Shown here: positions 31,401 through 48,100 of the stretch, piece after piece | How positions within the stretch are numbered: position 1 is the first letter of the stretch | Layout of the letters: every line of letters starts with the position of its first letter | Assembly: GCA_964016885.1 (NCBI GenBank) | Contig: OZ024744.1 | Span: 47,988,001-48,052,000 of the forward strand | Direction: 5' to 3' | DNA from: Eledone cirrhosa | Lineage: Eukaryota | Length of the DNA: 64,000 nt | Translations under genes and position numbers: made by a program | The notes under the pieces: generated by a model | Database searches by the model: none | Seen by the model: the letters and a program-made list of their open reading frames with translations, nothing else | Told to the model about the DNA's origin: nothing

Positions 31401-34400
31401 ACCAACCACATTAGACTATCAAGAACAGAACACCAACCACATTAGACTATCAAGAACAGAACACCAACCACATTAGACTATCAAGACCAGAACACCAACA
31501 ACATCACATTAGACTATCAAGAACAGAACACCAACCACATTAGACTATCAAGACCAGAACACCAACAACATTAGACTATCAAGACCAGAACACAAACCAC
31601 ATCACATTAGACTATCAAGACCAGAACACCAACCACATTAGACTATCAAGACCAGAACACCAACCACATCACATTAGAATATCAAGACCAGAACACCAAC
31701 CACATCACATTAGACTATCAAGACCTGAACACCAACCACATCACATTAGACTATCAACACCAGAACACCAACAACATCACATTAGACTATCAAGACCAGA
31801 ACACCAACCACATTAGACTATCAAGAACATAACACCAGCAACATTAGACTATCAAGACCATAACACCAACCACATTAGACTATCAAGAACAGAACACCAA
31901 CCACATTAGACTATCAAGACCAGAACACCAACAACAATAGACTATCAAGACCAGAACACCAACCACATTAGACTATCAAGAACAGAACACCAACCATATT
32001 AGACTATCAAGACCAGAACACCAACCACATTAGACTATCAAGAACAGAACACCAACCACATTAGACTATCAAGAACAGAACACCAACCACATTAGACTAT
32101 CAAGACCAGAACAACAACCACATTAGACTATCAAGACCAGAACACCAACCACATCACATTAGACTATCAAGACCAGAACACCAACCGCATTAGACTATCA
32201 AGACCAGAACACCAACCACATCACATTAGACTATCAAGACCAGAACACCAACCACATCACATTAGACTATCAAGACCTGAACACCAACCACATCACATTA
32301 GACTATCAAGACCAGAACACCAACAACATCACATTAGACTATCAAGACCAGAACACCAACCACATTAGACTATCAAGAACAGAACACCAACAACATTAGA
32401 CTATCAAGACCATAACACCAACCACATTAGACTATCAAGAACAGAACACCAACCACATTAGACTATCAAGACCAGAACACCAACAACAATAGACTATCAA
32501 GACCAGAACACCAACCACATTAGACTATCAAGAACAGAACACCAACCACATTAGACTATCAAGACCAGACCACCAACCACATTAGACTATCAAGAACAGA
32601 ATACCAACCACATTAGACTATCAAGAACAGAACACCAACCACATTAGACTATCAAGACCAGAACACCAACCACATCACATTAGCCTATCAAGAACAGAAC
32701 ACCAACCACATTAGACTATCAAGACCAGAACACCAACCACATTAGACTATCAAAACCAGAACACCAACCACATCACATTAGACTATCAAGACCAGAACAC
32801 CACCCACATTAGACTATCAAGACCAGAACACCAACCACATCACATTAGAATATCAAGACCAGAACACCAACCATATCACATTAGACTATCAAGACCTGAA
32901 CACCAACCACATCACATTAGACTATCAAGACCAGAACACCAACAACATCACATTAGACTATCAAGACCAGAACACAAACCACATTAGACTATCAAGAACA
33001 TAACACCAACAACATTAGACTATCAAGACCATAACACCCACCACATTAGACTATCAAGAACAGAATACCAACCACATTAGACTATCAAGACCAGAACACC
33101 AACAACAATAGACTATCAAGACCAGAACACCAACCACATTAGACTATCAAGAACAGAACACCAACCACATTAGACTATCAAGACCAGAACACCAACCACA
33201 TTAGACTATCAAGAACAGAACACCAACCACACTAGACTATCAAGAACAGAACACCAACCACATTAGTCTATCAAGACCAGAACACCAACCACATCACATT
33301 AGCCTATCAAGAACAGAACACCAACCACATTAGACTATCAAGACCAGAACACCAACCACATTAGACTATCAAGACAAGAACACCAACCACATCACATTAG
33401 ACTATCAAGACCAGAACACCAACCACATCAGATTAGACTATCCTGACCAGAACACCAACCACATTAGACTATCAAGAACAGAACTCCAACCACATTACAC
33501 TATCAAGACCAGAACACCAACCACATCACATTAGACTATCAAGACCAGAACACCAACCACATCACATTAGACTATCAAGACCAGAACACCAACCACATTA
33601 GACTATCATGACCAGAACACCAACCACATTAGACTATCAAGACCATAACACCAACCACATCACATCAGACTATCAAGAGCAGAACACCAACCACATTAGA
33701 CTATCAAGACCAGAACACCAACCACATTAGACTATCAAGACCAGAACACCAACCACATTAGACTATCAAGACCAGAACACCAACCACATTAGACTATCAA
33801 GACCAGAACACCAACCACATTAGACTATCAAGACCAGAACACCAACCACATTAGACTATCAAGACCAGAACACCAACCACATTAGACTATCAAGACCAGA
33901 ACACCAACCACATTAGACTATCAAGACCAGAACACCAACCACATCACATAAGACTATCAAGACCAGAACATAAACCACATCACATTAGACTATCAAGACC
34001 AGAACACCAACCACATCACATTAGACTATCAAGACCAGAACACCAACCACATCACATTAGACTATCAAGAACAGAACACCAACCACATTAGACTATCAAG
34101 ACCAGAACACCAACAACATCACATTAGCCTATCAAGAACAGAACACCAACCTCATTAGACTATCAAGACCAGAACACCAACCACATTAGACTATCAAGAC
34201 CAGAACACCAACCACATCACATTAGACTATCAATACCAGAACACCAACAACATTAGACTATCAAGACCAGAACACCAACCACATCACTTTAGAATATCAA
34301 GACCAGAACACCAACCACATCACATTAGACCATCAAGACCAGAACACCAACCACATCACATTAGACTATCAAGACCAGAACACCAAACGCATCACATTAG

Positions 34401-37400
34401 ACTATCAAGACCAGAACACCAACCACATTAGACTATCAAGACCAGAACACCAACCACATTAGACTATCAAGACCAGAACACCAACCACATTAGACTATCA
34501 AGACCAGAACACCAACCACATCACATAAGACTATCAAGACCAGAACATAAACCACATCACATTAGACTATCAAGAGCAGAACACCAACCACATCACATTA
34601 GACTATCAAGACCAGAACACCAACCACATCACATTAGACTATCAAGACCAGAACACTAACCCCATTAGACTATCAAGACCAGAACACCAACCACATTAGA
34701 CTATCAAGACCAGAACACCAACCACATTAGACTATCAAGACCAGAACACCAACCACATCACATTAGACTATCAAGACCAGAACACCAACCACGTTAGACT
34801 ATCAAGACCAGAACACCAACCACATCACATTAGCCTATCAAGAACAGAACACCAACCACATTAGACTATCAAGACCAGAACACCAACCACATTAGACTAT
34901 CAAAACCAGAACACCAACCACATCACATTAGACTATCAAGACCAGAACACCAACCACATTAGACTATCAAGACCAGAACACCAACCACATCACATTAGAA
35001 TATCCAGACCAGAACACCAACCATATCACATTAGACTATCAAGACCTGAACACCAACCACATCACATTAGACTATCAAGACCTGAACACCAACCACATCA
35101 CATTAGACTATCAAGACCAGAACACCAACCACATCACATTAGACTATCAAGACCTGAACACCAACCACATCACATTAGACTATCAAGACCAGAACACCAA
35201 CAACATCACATTAGACTATCAAGACCAGAACACCAACCACATTAGACTATCAAGAACAGAACACCAACAACATTAGACTATCAAGACCATACCACCAACC
35301 ACATTAGACTATCAAGAACAGAACACCAACCACATTAGACTATCAAGACCAGAACACCAACAACAATAGACTATCAAGACCAGAACACCAACCACATTAG
35401 ACTATCAAGAACAGAACACCAACCACATTAGACTATCAAGACAAGAACACCAACCACATTAGACTATCAAGAACAGAACACCAACCACATTAGACTATCA
35501 AGAACAGAACACCAACCACATTAGACTATCAAGACCAGAACACCAACCACATCACATTAGCCTATCAAGAACAGAACACCAACCACATTAGACTATCAAG
35601 ACCAGAACACCAACCACATTAGACTATCAAAACCAGAACACCAACCACATCACATTAGACTATCAAGACCAGAACACCAACCACATTAGACTATCAAGAC
35701 CAGAACACCAACCACATCACATTAGAATATCCAGACCAGAACACCAACCATATCACATTAGACTATCAAGACCTGAACACCAACCACATCACATTAGACT
35801 ATCAAGACCAGAACACCAACAACATCACATTAGAATATCAAGACCAGAACACCAACCACATTAGACTATCAAGAACATAACACCAACAACATTAGACTAT
35901 CAAGAACATAACACCAACCACATTAGACTATCAAGAACAGAACACCAACCACATTAGACTATCAAGAACAGAACACCAACCACATTAGACTATCAAGACC
36001 AGAACACCCACAACATCACATTAGACTATCAAGAACAGAACACCAACCACATTAGACTATCAAGACCAGAACACCAACCACATTAGACTATCAAGACCAG
36101 AACACCAACCACATCACATTAGACTATCAAGACCAGAACACCAACCACATTAGACTATCAAGACCAGAACACCAACCACATCACATTAGAATATCAAGAC
36201 CAGAACACCAACCACATCACATTAGACTATCAAGACCTGAACACCAACCACATCACATTAGACTATCAACACCAGAACACCAACAACATCACATTAGACT
36301 ATCAAGACCAGAACACCAACCACATTAGACTATCAAGAACATAACACCAGCAACATTAGACTATCAAGACCATAACACCAACCACATTAGACTATCAAGA
36401 ACAGAACACCAACCACATTAGACTATCAAGACCAGAACACCAACAACAATAGACTATCAAGACCAGAACACCAACCACATTAGACTATCAAGAACAGAAC
36501 ACCAACCATATTAGACTATCAAGACCAGAACACCAACCACATTAGACTATCAAGAACAGAACACCAACCACATTAGACTATCAAGAACAGAACACCAACC
36601 ACATTAGACTATCAAGACCAGAACAACAACCACATTAGATTATCAAGACCAGAACACCAACCACATCACATTAGACTATCAAGACCAGAACACCAACCAC
36701 ATTAGACTATCAAGACCAGAACACCAACCACATCACATTAGACTATCAAGACCAGAACACCAACCACATCACATTAGACTATCAAGACCTGAACACCAAC
36801 CACATCACATTAGACTATCAAGACCAGAACACCAACAACATCACATTAGACTATCAAGACCAGAACACCAACCACATTAGACTATCAAGAACAGAACACC
36901 AACAACATTAGACTATCAAGACCATAACACCAACCACATTAGACTATCAAGAACAGAACACCAACCACATTAGACTATCAAGACCAGAACACCAACAACA
37001 ATAGACTATCAAGACCAGAACACCAACCACATTAGACTATCAAGAACAGAACACCAACCACATTAGACTATCAAGACCAGACCACCAACCACATTAGACT
37101 ATCAAGAACAGAATACCAACCACATTAGACTATCAAGAACAGAACACCAACCACATTAGACTATCACGACCAGAACACCAACCACATCACATTAGCCTAT
37201 CAAGAACAGAACACCAACCACATTAGACTATCAAGACCAGAACACCAACCACATTAGACTATCAAAACCAGAACACCAACCACATCACATTAGACTATCA
37301 AGACCAGAACACCACCCACATTAGACTATCAAGACCAGAACACCAACCACATCACATTAGAATATCAAGACCAGAACACCAACCATATCACATTAGACTA

Positions 37401-40000
37401 TCAAGACCTGAACACCAACCACATCACATTAGACTATCAAGACCAGAACACCAACAACATCACATTAGACTATCAAGACCAGAACACAAACCACATTAGA
37501 CTATCAAGAACATAACACCAACAACATTAGACTATCAAGACCATAACACCCACCACATTAGACTATCAAGAACAGAATACCAACCACATTAGACTATCAA
37601 GACCAGAACACCAACAACAATAGACTATCAAGACCAGAACACCAACCACATTAGACTATCAAGAACAGAACACCAACCACATTAGACTATCAAGACCAGA
37701 ACACCAACCACATTAGACTATCAAGAACAGAACACCAACCACACTAGACTATCAAGAACAGAACACCAACCACATTAGTCTATCAAGACCAGAACACCAA
37801 CCACATCACATTAGCCTATCAAGAACAGAACACCAACCACATTAGACTATCAAGACCAGAACACCAACCACATTAGACTATCAAGACAAGAACACCAACC
37901 ACATCACATTAGACTATCAAGACCAGAACACCAACCACATCAGATTAGACTATCCTGACCAGAACACCAACCACATTAGACTATCAAGAACAGAACTCCA
38001 ACCACATTACACTATCAAGACCAGAACACCAACCACATCACATTAGACTATCAAGACCAGAACACCAACCACATCACATTAGACTATCAAGACCAGAACA
38101 CCAACCACATTAGACTATCATGACCAGAACACCAACCACATTAGACTATCAAGACCATAACACCAACCACATCACATCAGACTATCAAGAGCAGAACACC
38201 AACCACATTAGACTATCAAGACCAGAACACCAACCACATTAGACTATCAAGACCAGAACACCAACCACATTAGACTATCAAGACCAGAACACCAACCACA
38301 TTAGACTATCAAGACCAGAACACCAACCACATTAGACTATCAAGACCAGAACACCAACCACATTAGACTATCAAGACCAGAACACCAACCACATTAGACT
38401 ATCAAGACCAGAACACCAACCACATTAGACTATCAAGACCAGAACACCAACCACATCACATAAGACTATCAAGACCAGAACATAAACCACATCACATTAG
38501 ACTATCAAGACCAGAACACCAACCACATCACATTAGACTATCAAGACCAGAACACCAACCACATCACATTAGACTATCAAGACCTGAACACCAACCACAT
38601 CACATTAGAATATCCAGACCAGAACACCAACCATATCACATTAGACTATCAAGATCTGAACACCAACCACATCACATTAGAATATCAAGACCAGAACACC
38701 AACAACATCACATTAGACTATCAAAACCAGAACACCAACCACATTAGACTATCAGGAACATAACACCAACAACATTAGACTATCAAGACCAGAACACCAA
38801 CAACATTAGACTATCAAGACCAGAACACCAACCACATTAGACTATCAAGAACAGAACACCAACCACATTAGACTATCAAGAACAGAACACCAACCACATT
38901 AGACTATCAAGACCAGAACACCAACAACATCACATTAGCCTATCAAGAACAGAACACCAACCTCATTAGACTATCAAGACCAGAACACCAACCACATTAG
39001 ACTATCAAGACCAGAACACCAACCACATCACATTAGACTATCAATACCAGAACACCAACAACATTAGACTATCAAGACCAGAACACCAACCACATCACAT
39101 TAGAATATCAAGACCAGAACACCAACCACATCACATTAGACCATCAAGACCAGAACACCAACCACATCACATTAGACTATCAAGACCAGAACACCAACCG
39201 CATCACATTAGACTATCAAGACCAGAACACCAACCACATTAGACTATCAAGACCAGAACACCAACCACATTAGACTATCAAGACCAGAACACCAACCACA
39301 TTAGACTATCAAGACCAGAACACCAACCACATCACATAAGACTATCAAGACCAGAACATAAACCACATCACATTAGACTATCAAGAGCAGAACACCAACC
39401 ACATCACATTAGACTATCAAGACCAGAACACCAACCACATCACATTAGACTATCAAGACCAGAACACTAACCCCATTAGACTATCAAGACCAGAACACCA
39501 ACCACGTTAGACTATCAAGACCAGAACACCAACCACATTAGACTATCAAGACCAGAACACCAACCACATCACATTAGACTATCAAGACCAGAACACCAAC
39601 CACATTAGACTATCAAGACCAGAACACCAACAATATCATTTTAGACTATCAAGACCAGAACACCAACCACATTAGACTATCAAGACCAGAACACCAACAA
39701 CATTAGACTATCAAGACCAGAACACCAACCACATCACATTAGACTATCAAGACCAGAACACCAACCACGTTAGACTATCAAGACCAGAACACCAACCACA
39801 TCACATTAGCCTATCAAGAACAGAACACCAACCACATTAGACTATCAAGACCAGAACACCAACCACATTAGACTATCAAAACCAGAACACCAACCACATC
39901 ACATTAGACTATCAAGACCAGAACACCAACCACATTAGACTATCAAGACCAGAACACCAACCACATCACATTAGAATATCCAGACCAGAACACCAACCAT
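28436..40000 (+). repeat. Middle domain: ~4.98 kb and ~4.51 kb higher-order blocks plus a partial third copy
   Basis: CCTGA at 28466, 33442 and 37954. AACCTCATTAG at 29475, 34152 and 38963. ACTAACCCCATTAG near 29978, 34655 and 39465. Confidence 0.8.
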
Positions 40001-42120
40001 ATCACATTAGACTATCAAGACCTGAACACCAACCACATCACATTAGACTATCAAGACCAGAACACCAACAACATCACATTATACTATCAAGACCAGAACA
40101 CCAACCACATTAGACTATCAAGAACATAACACCAACAACATTAGACTATCAAGAACATAACACCAACCACATTAGACTATCAAGAACAGAACACCAACCA
40201 CATTAGTCTATCAAGAACAGAACACCAACCACATTAGACTATCAAGACCAGAACACCAACAACATCACATTAGCCTATCAACAACAGAACACCAACCACA
40301 TTAGACTATCAAGACCAGAACACCAACCACATTAGACTATCAAGACCAGAACACCAACCACATCACATTAGACTATCAAGACCAGAACACCAACCACATT
40401 AGACTATCAACACCAGAACACCAACCACATCACATTAGAATATCAAGACCAGAACACCAACCACATCACATTACACTATCAAGACCTGAACACCAACCAC
40501 ATCACATTAGACTATCAAGACCAGAACACCAACCACATTAGACTATCAAGAACATAACACCAGCAACATTAGACTATCAAGACCATAACACCAACCACAT
40601 TAGACTATCAAGAACAGAACACCAACCACATTAGACTATCAAGACCAGAACACCAACAACAATAGACTATCAAGACCAGAACACCAACCACATTAGACTA
40701 TCAAGAACAGAACACCAACCACATTAGACTATCAAGACCAGAACACCAACCACATTAGACTATCAAGAACAGAACACCAACCACATTAGACTATCAAGAA
40801 CAGAACACCAACCACATTAGACTATCAAGACCAGAACACCAACCACATTAGACTATCAAGACCAGAACACCAACCACATCACATTAGACTATCAAGACCA
40901 GAACACCAACCACATTAGACTATCAAGACCAGAACACCAACCACATCACATTAGACTATCAAGACCAGAACACCAACCATATCACATTAGACTATCACGA
41001 CCTGAACACCAACCACATCACATTAGACTATCAAGACCAGAACACCAACAACATCACATTAGACTATCAAGACCAGAACTCCAACCACATTAGACTATCA
41101 AGAACAGAACACCAACAACATTAGACTATCAAGACCATAACACCAACCACATTAGACTATCAAGAACAGAACACCAACCACATTAGACTATCAAGACCAG
41201 AACACCAACAACAATAGACTATCAAGACCAGAACACCAACCACATTAGACTATCAAGAACAGAACACCAACCACATTAGACTATCAAGACCAGAACACCA
41301 ACCACATTAGACTATCAAGAACAGAAAACCAACCACATTAGACTATCAAGAACAGAACACCAACCACATTAGACTATCAAGACCAGAACACCAACCACAT
41401 CACATTAGCCTATCAAGAACAGAACACCAACCACATTAGACTATCAAGACCAGAACACCAACCACATTAGACTATCAAAACCAGAACACCAACCACATCA
41501 CATTAGACTATCAAGACCAGAACAGCACCCACATTAGACTATCAAGACCAGAACACCAACCACATCACATTAGAATATCAAGACCAGAACACCAACCATA
41601 TCACATTAGACTATCAAGACCTGAACACCAACCACATCACATTAGACTATCAAGACCAGAACACCAACAACATCACATTAGACTATCAAGACCAGAACAC
41701 CAACCACATTAGACTATCAAGAACATAACACCAACAACATTAGACTATCAAGACCATAACACCAACCACATTAGACTATCAAGAACAGAATACCAACCAC
41801 ATTAGACTATCAAGACCAGAACACCAACAACAAAAGACTATCAAGACCAGAACACCAACCACATTAGACTATCAAGAACAGAACACCAACCACATTAGAC
41901 TATCAAGACCAGAACACCAACCACATTAGACTATCAAGAACAGAACACCAACCACATTAGACTATCAAGAACAGAACACCAACCACATTAGACTATCAAG
42001 ACCAGAACACCAACCACATCACATTAGCCTATCAAGAACAGAACACCAACCACATTAGACTATCAAGACCAGAACACCAACCACATTAGACTATCAAGAC
42101 AAGAACACCAACCACTTCAC

Positions 42121-45100
42121 ATTAGACTATCAAGACCAGAACACCAACCACATTAGACTATCAAGACCAGAACACCAACCACATCACATTAGAATATCAA
42201 GACCAGAACACCAACCACATCACATTAGACTATCAAGACCTGAACACCAACCACATCACATTAGACTATCAAGACCAGAACACCAACAACATCACATTAG
42301 ACTATCAAGACCAGAACACCAACCACATTAGACTATCAAGAACAGAACACCAACAACATTAGACTATCAAGACCATAACACCAACCACATTAGACTATCA
42401 AGAACAGAACACCAACCACATTAGACTATCAAGACCAGAACACCAACAACATTAGACTATCAAGACCAGAACACCAACCACATTAGACTATCAAGGACAG
42501 AACACCAACCATATTAGACTATCAAGACCAGAACACCAACCACATTAGACTATCAAGAACAGAACACCAACCACATTAGACTATCAAGAACAGAACACCA
42601 ACCACATTAGACTATCAAGACCAGAACACCAACCACATCACATTAGCCTATCAAGAACAGAACACCAACCACATTAGACTATCAAGACCAGAACACCAAC
42701 CACATTAGACTATCAAGAACAGAACACAAACCACATTAGACTATCAAGACCAGAACACCAACCACATTAGACTATCAAGACCAGAACACCAAGCACATTA
42801 CACTATCAAGAACAGAACACCAACCACATTAGACTATCAAGAACAGAACACCAACCACATTAGACTATCAAGAACAGAACACCAACCACATTAGACTATC
42901 AAGAACAGAACACCAACCACATTAGAATATCAAGAACAGAACACCAACCACATTAGACTATCAAGAACAGAACATAAACCACATTAGACTATCAAGACCA
43001 GAACATTAACAACATCACATAGTCTATCAAGACCAGAACACCAACAACATCACATTAGACTATCAAGACCAGAACACCACCCACATCAGATTAGACTATC
43101 AAGACCAGAACACCAAACACATCACATTAGACTATCAAGACCAGAACACCAACCACATTAGACTACCAAGACCAGAACACCAACCACATCACATTGGACT
43201 ATTAAGACCGGAACACCAACCACATTAGACTATCAAGACCAGAACTCCAACCACATTAGACTATCAAGACCAGAACACCAACCACATCACATTAGACTAT
43301 CAAAACCATAACACCAACCACATTAGACTATCAACACCATAACACCAACCACATTAGACTATCAAGACCAGAACAACAACTAGATCACATTAGACTATCA
43401 AGACCAGAACATCAACAATATCATTTTAGACTATCAAGACCAGAACACCAACAACATAACATTAGACTATCAAGACCAGAACACCAACCACATCACATTA
43501 GACTATCAAGACCAGAACACCAACCACATCACATTAGACTATCAAGACCAGAACACCAACCACATCACATTAGACTATCAAGACGTGAACACCAACCACA
43601 TTAGAATGTCAAGACCAGAACACCAACCACATTAGACTATCAAGACCAGAACACCAACCACATTAGACTATCAAGACCAGAACACCAACCACATCACATT
43701 AGACTATCAAGACCAGAACACCAACCACATTAGATTTCAAGACCAGAACACCAACCACATTATACTATCAAGACCAGAACACCAACCACATCACATTAGA
43801 ATATCAAGACCAGAACACCAACCACATTAGACTATCAAGACCAGAACACCAACCACATCACATTAGACTATCAAGAACAGAACACCAACCACATCACATT
43901 AGACTATCAAGACCAGTACACCAACCACATCACATTAGACTATCAAGACCAGAACACCAATCACATTAGACTATCAAGACCAGAACACCAACCACATCAC
44001 ATTAGAATATCAAGACCAGAACACCAACCACATTAGACTATCAAGACCAGAACACCAACCACATCACATTAGACTATCAAGACCAGAACACCAACCACAT
44101 TAGACTATCAAGAACAGAACACCAACCACATTAGACTATCAAGAAAAGAACACCAACCACATTAGACTATCAAGACCAGAACACCAACCACATCACATTA
44201 GACTATCAAGACCAGAACACTAACCACATTAGACTATCAAGACCAGAACACTAACAACATCACATAGTCTATCAAGACCAGAACACCAACAACATCACAT
44301 TAGACTATAAAGACCAGAACACCAACAACATCACATTAGACTATCAAGACCAGAACACCACCCACATCACATTAGACTATCAAAACCAGAACACCAAACA
44401 CATCACATAAGACTATCAAGACCAGAACACCAACCACATTAGACTACCATGACCAGAACAACAACCACATCACATTAGACTATTAAGACCAGAACACCAA
44501 CCACATCACATTAGACTATCAAGACCAGAACACCAACCACATTAGACTATCAAGACCAGAACTCCAACCACATCACATTAGACTATCAAGACCAGAACAC
44601 CAACCACATTAGACTATCAAGACCAGAACACCAACCACATCACATTAGACTATCAAGACCAGAACACCAACCACATCACATTAGACTATCAAGACCAGAA
44701 CACCAACCACATCACATTAGACTATCAAGACCATAACACCAACCACATTAGACTATCAAGACCATAACACCAACCACATTAGACTATCAAGACCAGAACA
44801 CCAACCACATTAGACTATCAAGACCAGAACACCAACCACATTAGACTATCAAGACCAGAACACAAACCACATCACATAAGACTATCAAGACCAGAACATA
44901 AACCACATCACATTAGACTAGCAAGACCAGAACACCAACCACATCACATTAGACTATCAAGACCAGAACACCAACCACATCACATTAGACCATCAAGACC
45001 AGAACACCAACCACATCACATTAGACTATCAAGACCAGAACACCAACCACATCACATTAGACTATCAAGACCAGAACACCAACCACATTAGACTATCAAG

Positions 45101-48100
45101 ACCAGAACACCAACCACATTAGACTATCAAGACCAGAACACCAACCACATTAGACTATCAAGACCAGAACACCAACCACATCACATAAGACTATCAAGAC
45201 CAGAACATAAACCACATCACATTAGACTATCAAGACCAGAACACCAACCACATCACATTAGACTATCAAGACCAGAACACCAACCACATTAGACTATCAA
45301 GACCAGAACACCAACCACATCACATTAGAATATCAAGACCAGAACACCAACCACATCACATTAGACTATCAAGACCTGAACACCAACCACATCACATTAG
45401 ACTATCAAGACCAGAACACCAACAACATCACATTAGACTATCAAGACCAGAACACCAACCACATTAGACTATCAAGAACAGAACACCAACAACATTAGAC
45501 TATCAAGACCATAACACCAACCACATTAGACTATCAAGAACAGAACACCAACCACATTAGACTATCAAGACCAGAACACCAACAACATTAGACTATCAAG
45601 ACCAGAACACCAACCACATTAGACTATCAAGGACAGAACACCAACCATATTAGACTATCAAGACCAGAACACCAACCACATTAGACTATCAAGAACAGAA
45701 CACCAACCACATTAGACTATCAAGAACAGAACACCAACCACATTAGACTATCAAGACCAGAACACCAACCACATCACATTAGCCTATCAAGAACAGAACA
45801 CCAACCACATTAGACTATCAAGACCAGAACACCAACCACATTAGACTATCAAGAACAGAACACAAACCACATTAGACTATCAAGACCAGAACACCAACCA
45901 CATTAGACTATCAAGACCAGAACACCAAACACATTACACTATCAAGAACAGAACACCAACCACATTAGACTATCAAGAACAGAACACCAACCACATTAGA
46001 CTATCAAGAACAGAACACCAACCACATTAGACTATCAAGAACAGAACACCAACCACATTAGAATATCAAGAACAGAACACCAACCACATTAGACTATCAA
46101 GAACAGAACATAAACCACATTAGACTATCAAGACCAGAACATTAACAACATCACATAGTCTATCAAGACCAGAACACCAACAACATCACATTAGACTATC
46201 AAGACCAGAACACCACCCACATCAGATTAGACTATCAAGACCAGAACACCAAACACATCACATTAGACTATCAAGACCAGAACACCAACCACATTAGACT
46301 ACCAAGACCAGAACACCAACCACATCACATTGGACTATTAAGACCAGAACACCAACCACATTAGACTATCAAGACCAGAACTCCAACCACATTAGACTAT
46401 CAAGACCAGAACACCAACCACATCACATTAGACTATCAAAACCATAACACCAACCACATTAGACTATCAACACCATAACACCAACCACATTAGACTATCA
46501 AGACCAGAACAACAACTAGATCACATTAGACTATCAAGACCAGAACATCAACAATATCATTTTAGACTATCAAGACCAGAACACCAACAACATAACATTA
46601 GACTATCAAGACCAGAACACCAACCACATCACATTAGACTATCAAGACCAGAACACCAACCACATCACATTAGACTATCAAGACCAGAACACCAACCACA
46701 TCACATTAGACTATCAAGACGTGAACACCAACCACATTAGAATGTCAAGACCAGAACACCAACCACATTAGACTATCAAGACCAGAACACCAACCACATC
46801 ACATTAGACTATCAAGACCAGAACACCAACCACATTAGATTTCAAGACCAGAACACCAACCACATTATACTATCAAGACCAGAACACCAACCACATCACA
46901 TTAGAATATCAAGACCAGAACACCAACCACATTAGACTATCAAGACCAGAACACCAACCACATCACATTAGACTATCAAGAACAGAACACCAACCACATC
47001 ACATTAGACTATCAAGACCAGTACACCAACCACATCACATTAGACTATCAAGACCAGAACACCAATCACATTAGACTATCAAGACCAGAACACCAACCAC
47101 ATCACATTAGAATATCAAGACCAGAACACCAACCACATTAGACTATCAAGACCAGAACACCAACCACATCACATTAGACTATCAAGACCAGAACACCAAC
47201 CACATTAGACTATCAAGAACAGAACACCAACCACATTAGACTATCAAGAAAAGAACACCAACCACATTAGACTATCAAGACCAGAACACCAACCACATCA
47301 CATTAGACTATCAAGACCAGAACACTAACCACATTAGACTATCAAGACCAGAACACTAACAACATCACATAGTCTATCAAGACCAGAACACCAACAACAT
47401 CACATTAGACTATAAAGACCAGAACACCAACAACATCACATTAGACTATCAAGACCAGAACACCACCCACATCACATTAGACTATCAAAACCAGAACACC
47501 AAACACATCACATAAGACTATCAAGACCAGAACACCAACCACATTAGACTACCATGACCAGAACAACAACCACATCACATTAGACTATTAAGACCAGAAC
47601 ACCAACCACATCACATTAGACTATCAAGACCAGAACACCAACCACATTAGACTATCAAGACCAGAACTCCAACCACATCACATTAGACTATCAAGACCAG
47701 AACACCAACCACATTAGACTATCAAGACCAGAACACCAACCACATCACATTAGACTATCAAGACCAGAACACCAACCACATCACATTAGACTATCAAGAC
47801 CAGAACACCAACCACATCACATTAGACTATCAAGACCATAACACCAACCACATTAGACTATCAAGACCATAACACCAACCACATTAGACTATCAAGACCA
47901 GAACACCAACCACATTAGACTATCAAGACCAGAACACCAACCACATTAGACTATCAAGACCAGAACACAAACCACATCACATAAGACTATCAAGACCAGA
48001 ACATAAACCACATCACATTAGACTAGCAAGACCAGAACACCAACCACATCACATTAGACTATCAAGACCAGAACACCAACCACATCACATTAGACCATCA

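Noticed and set aside
1-40000. Large blocks as purely an assembly artefact
   Set aside because: The copies differ by private substitutions and in-register monomer indels, which favours real paralogues. Exact copy number still needs long-read confirmation.
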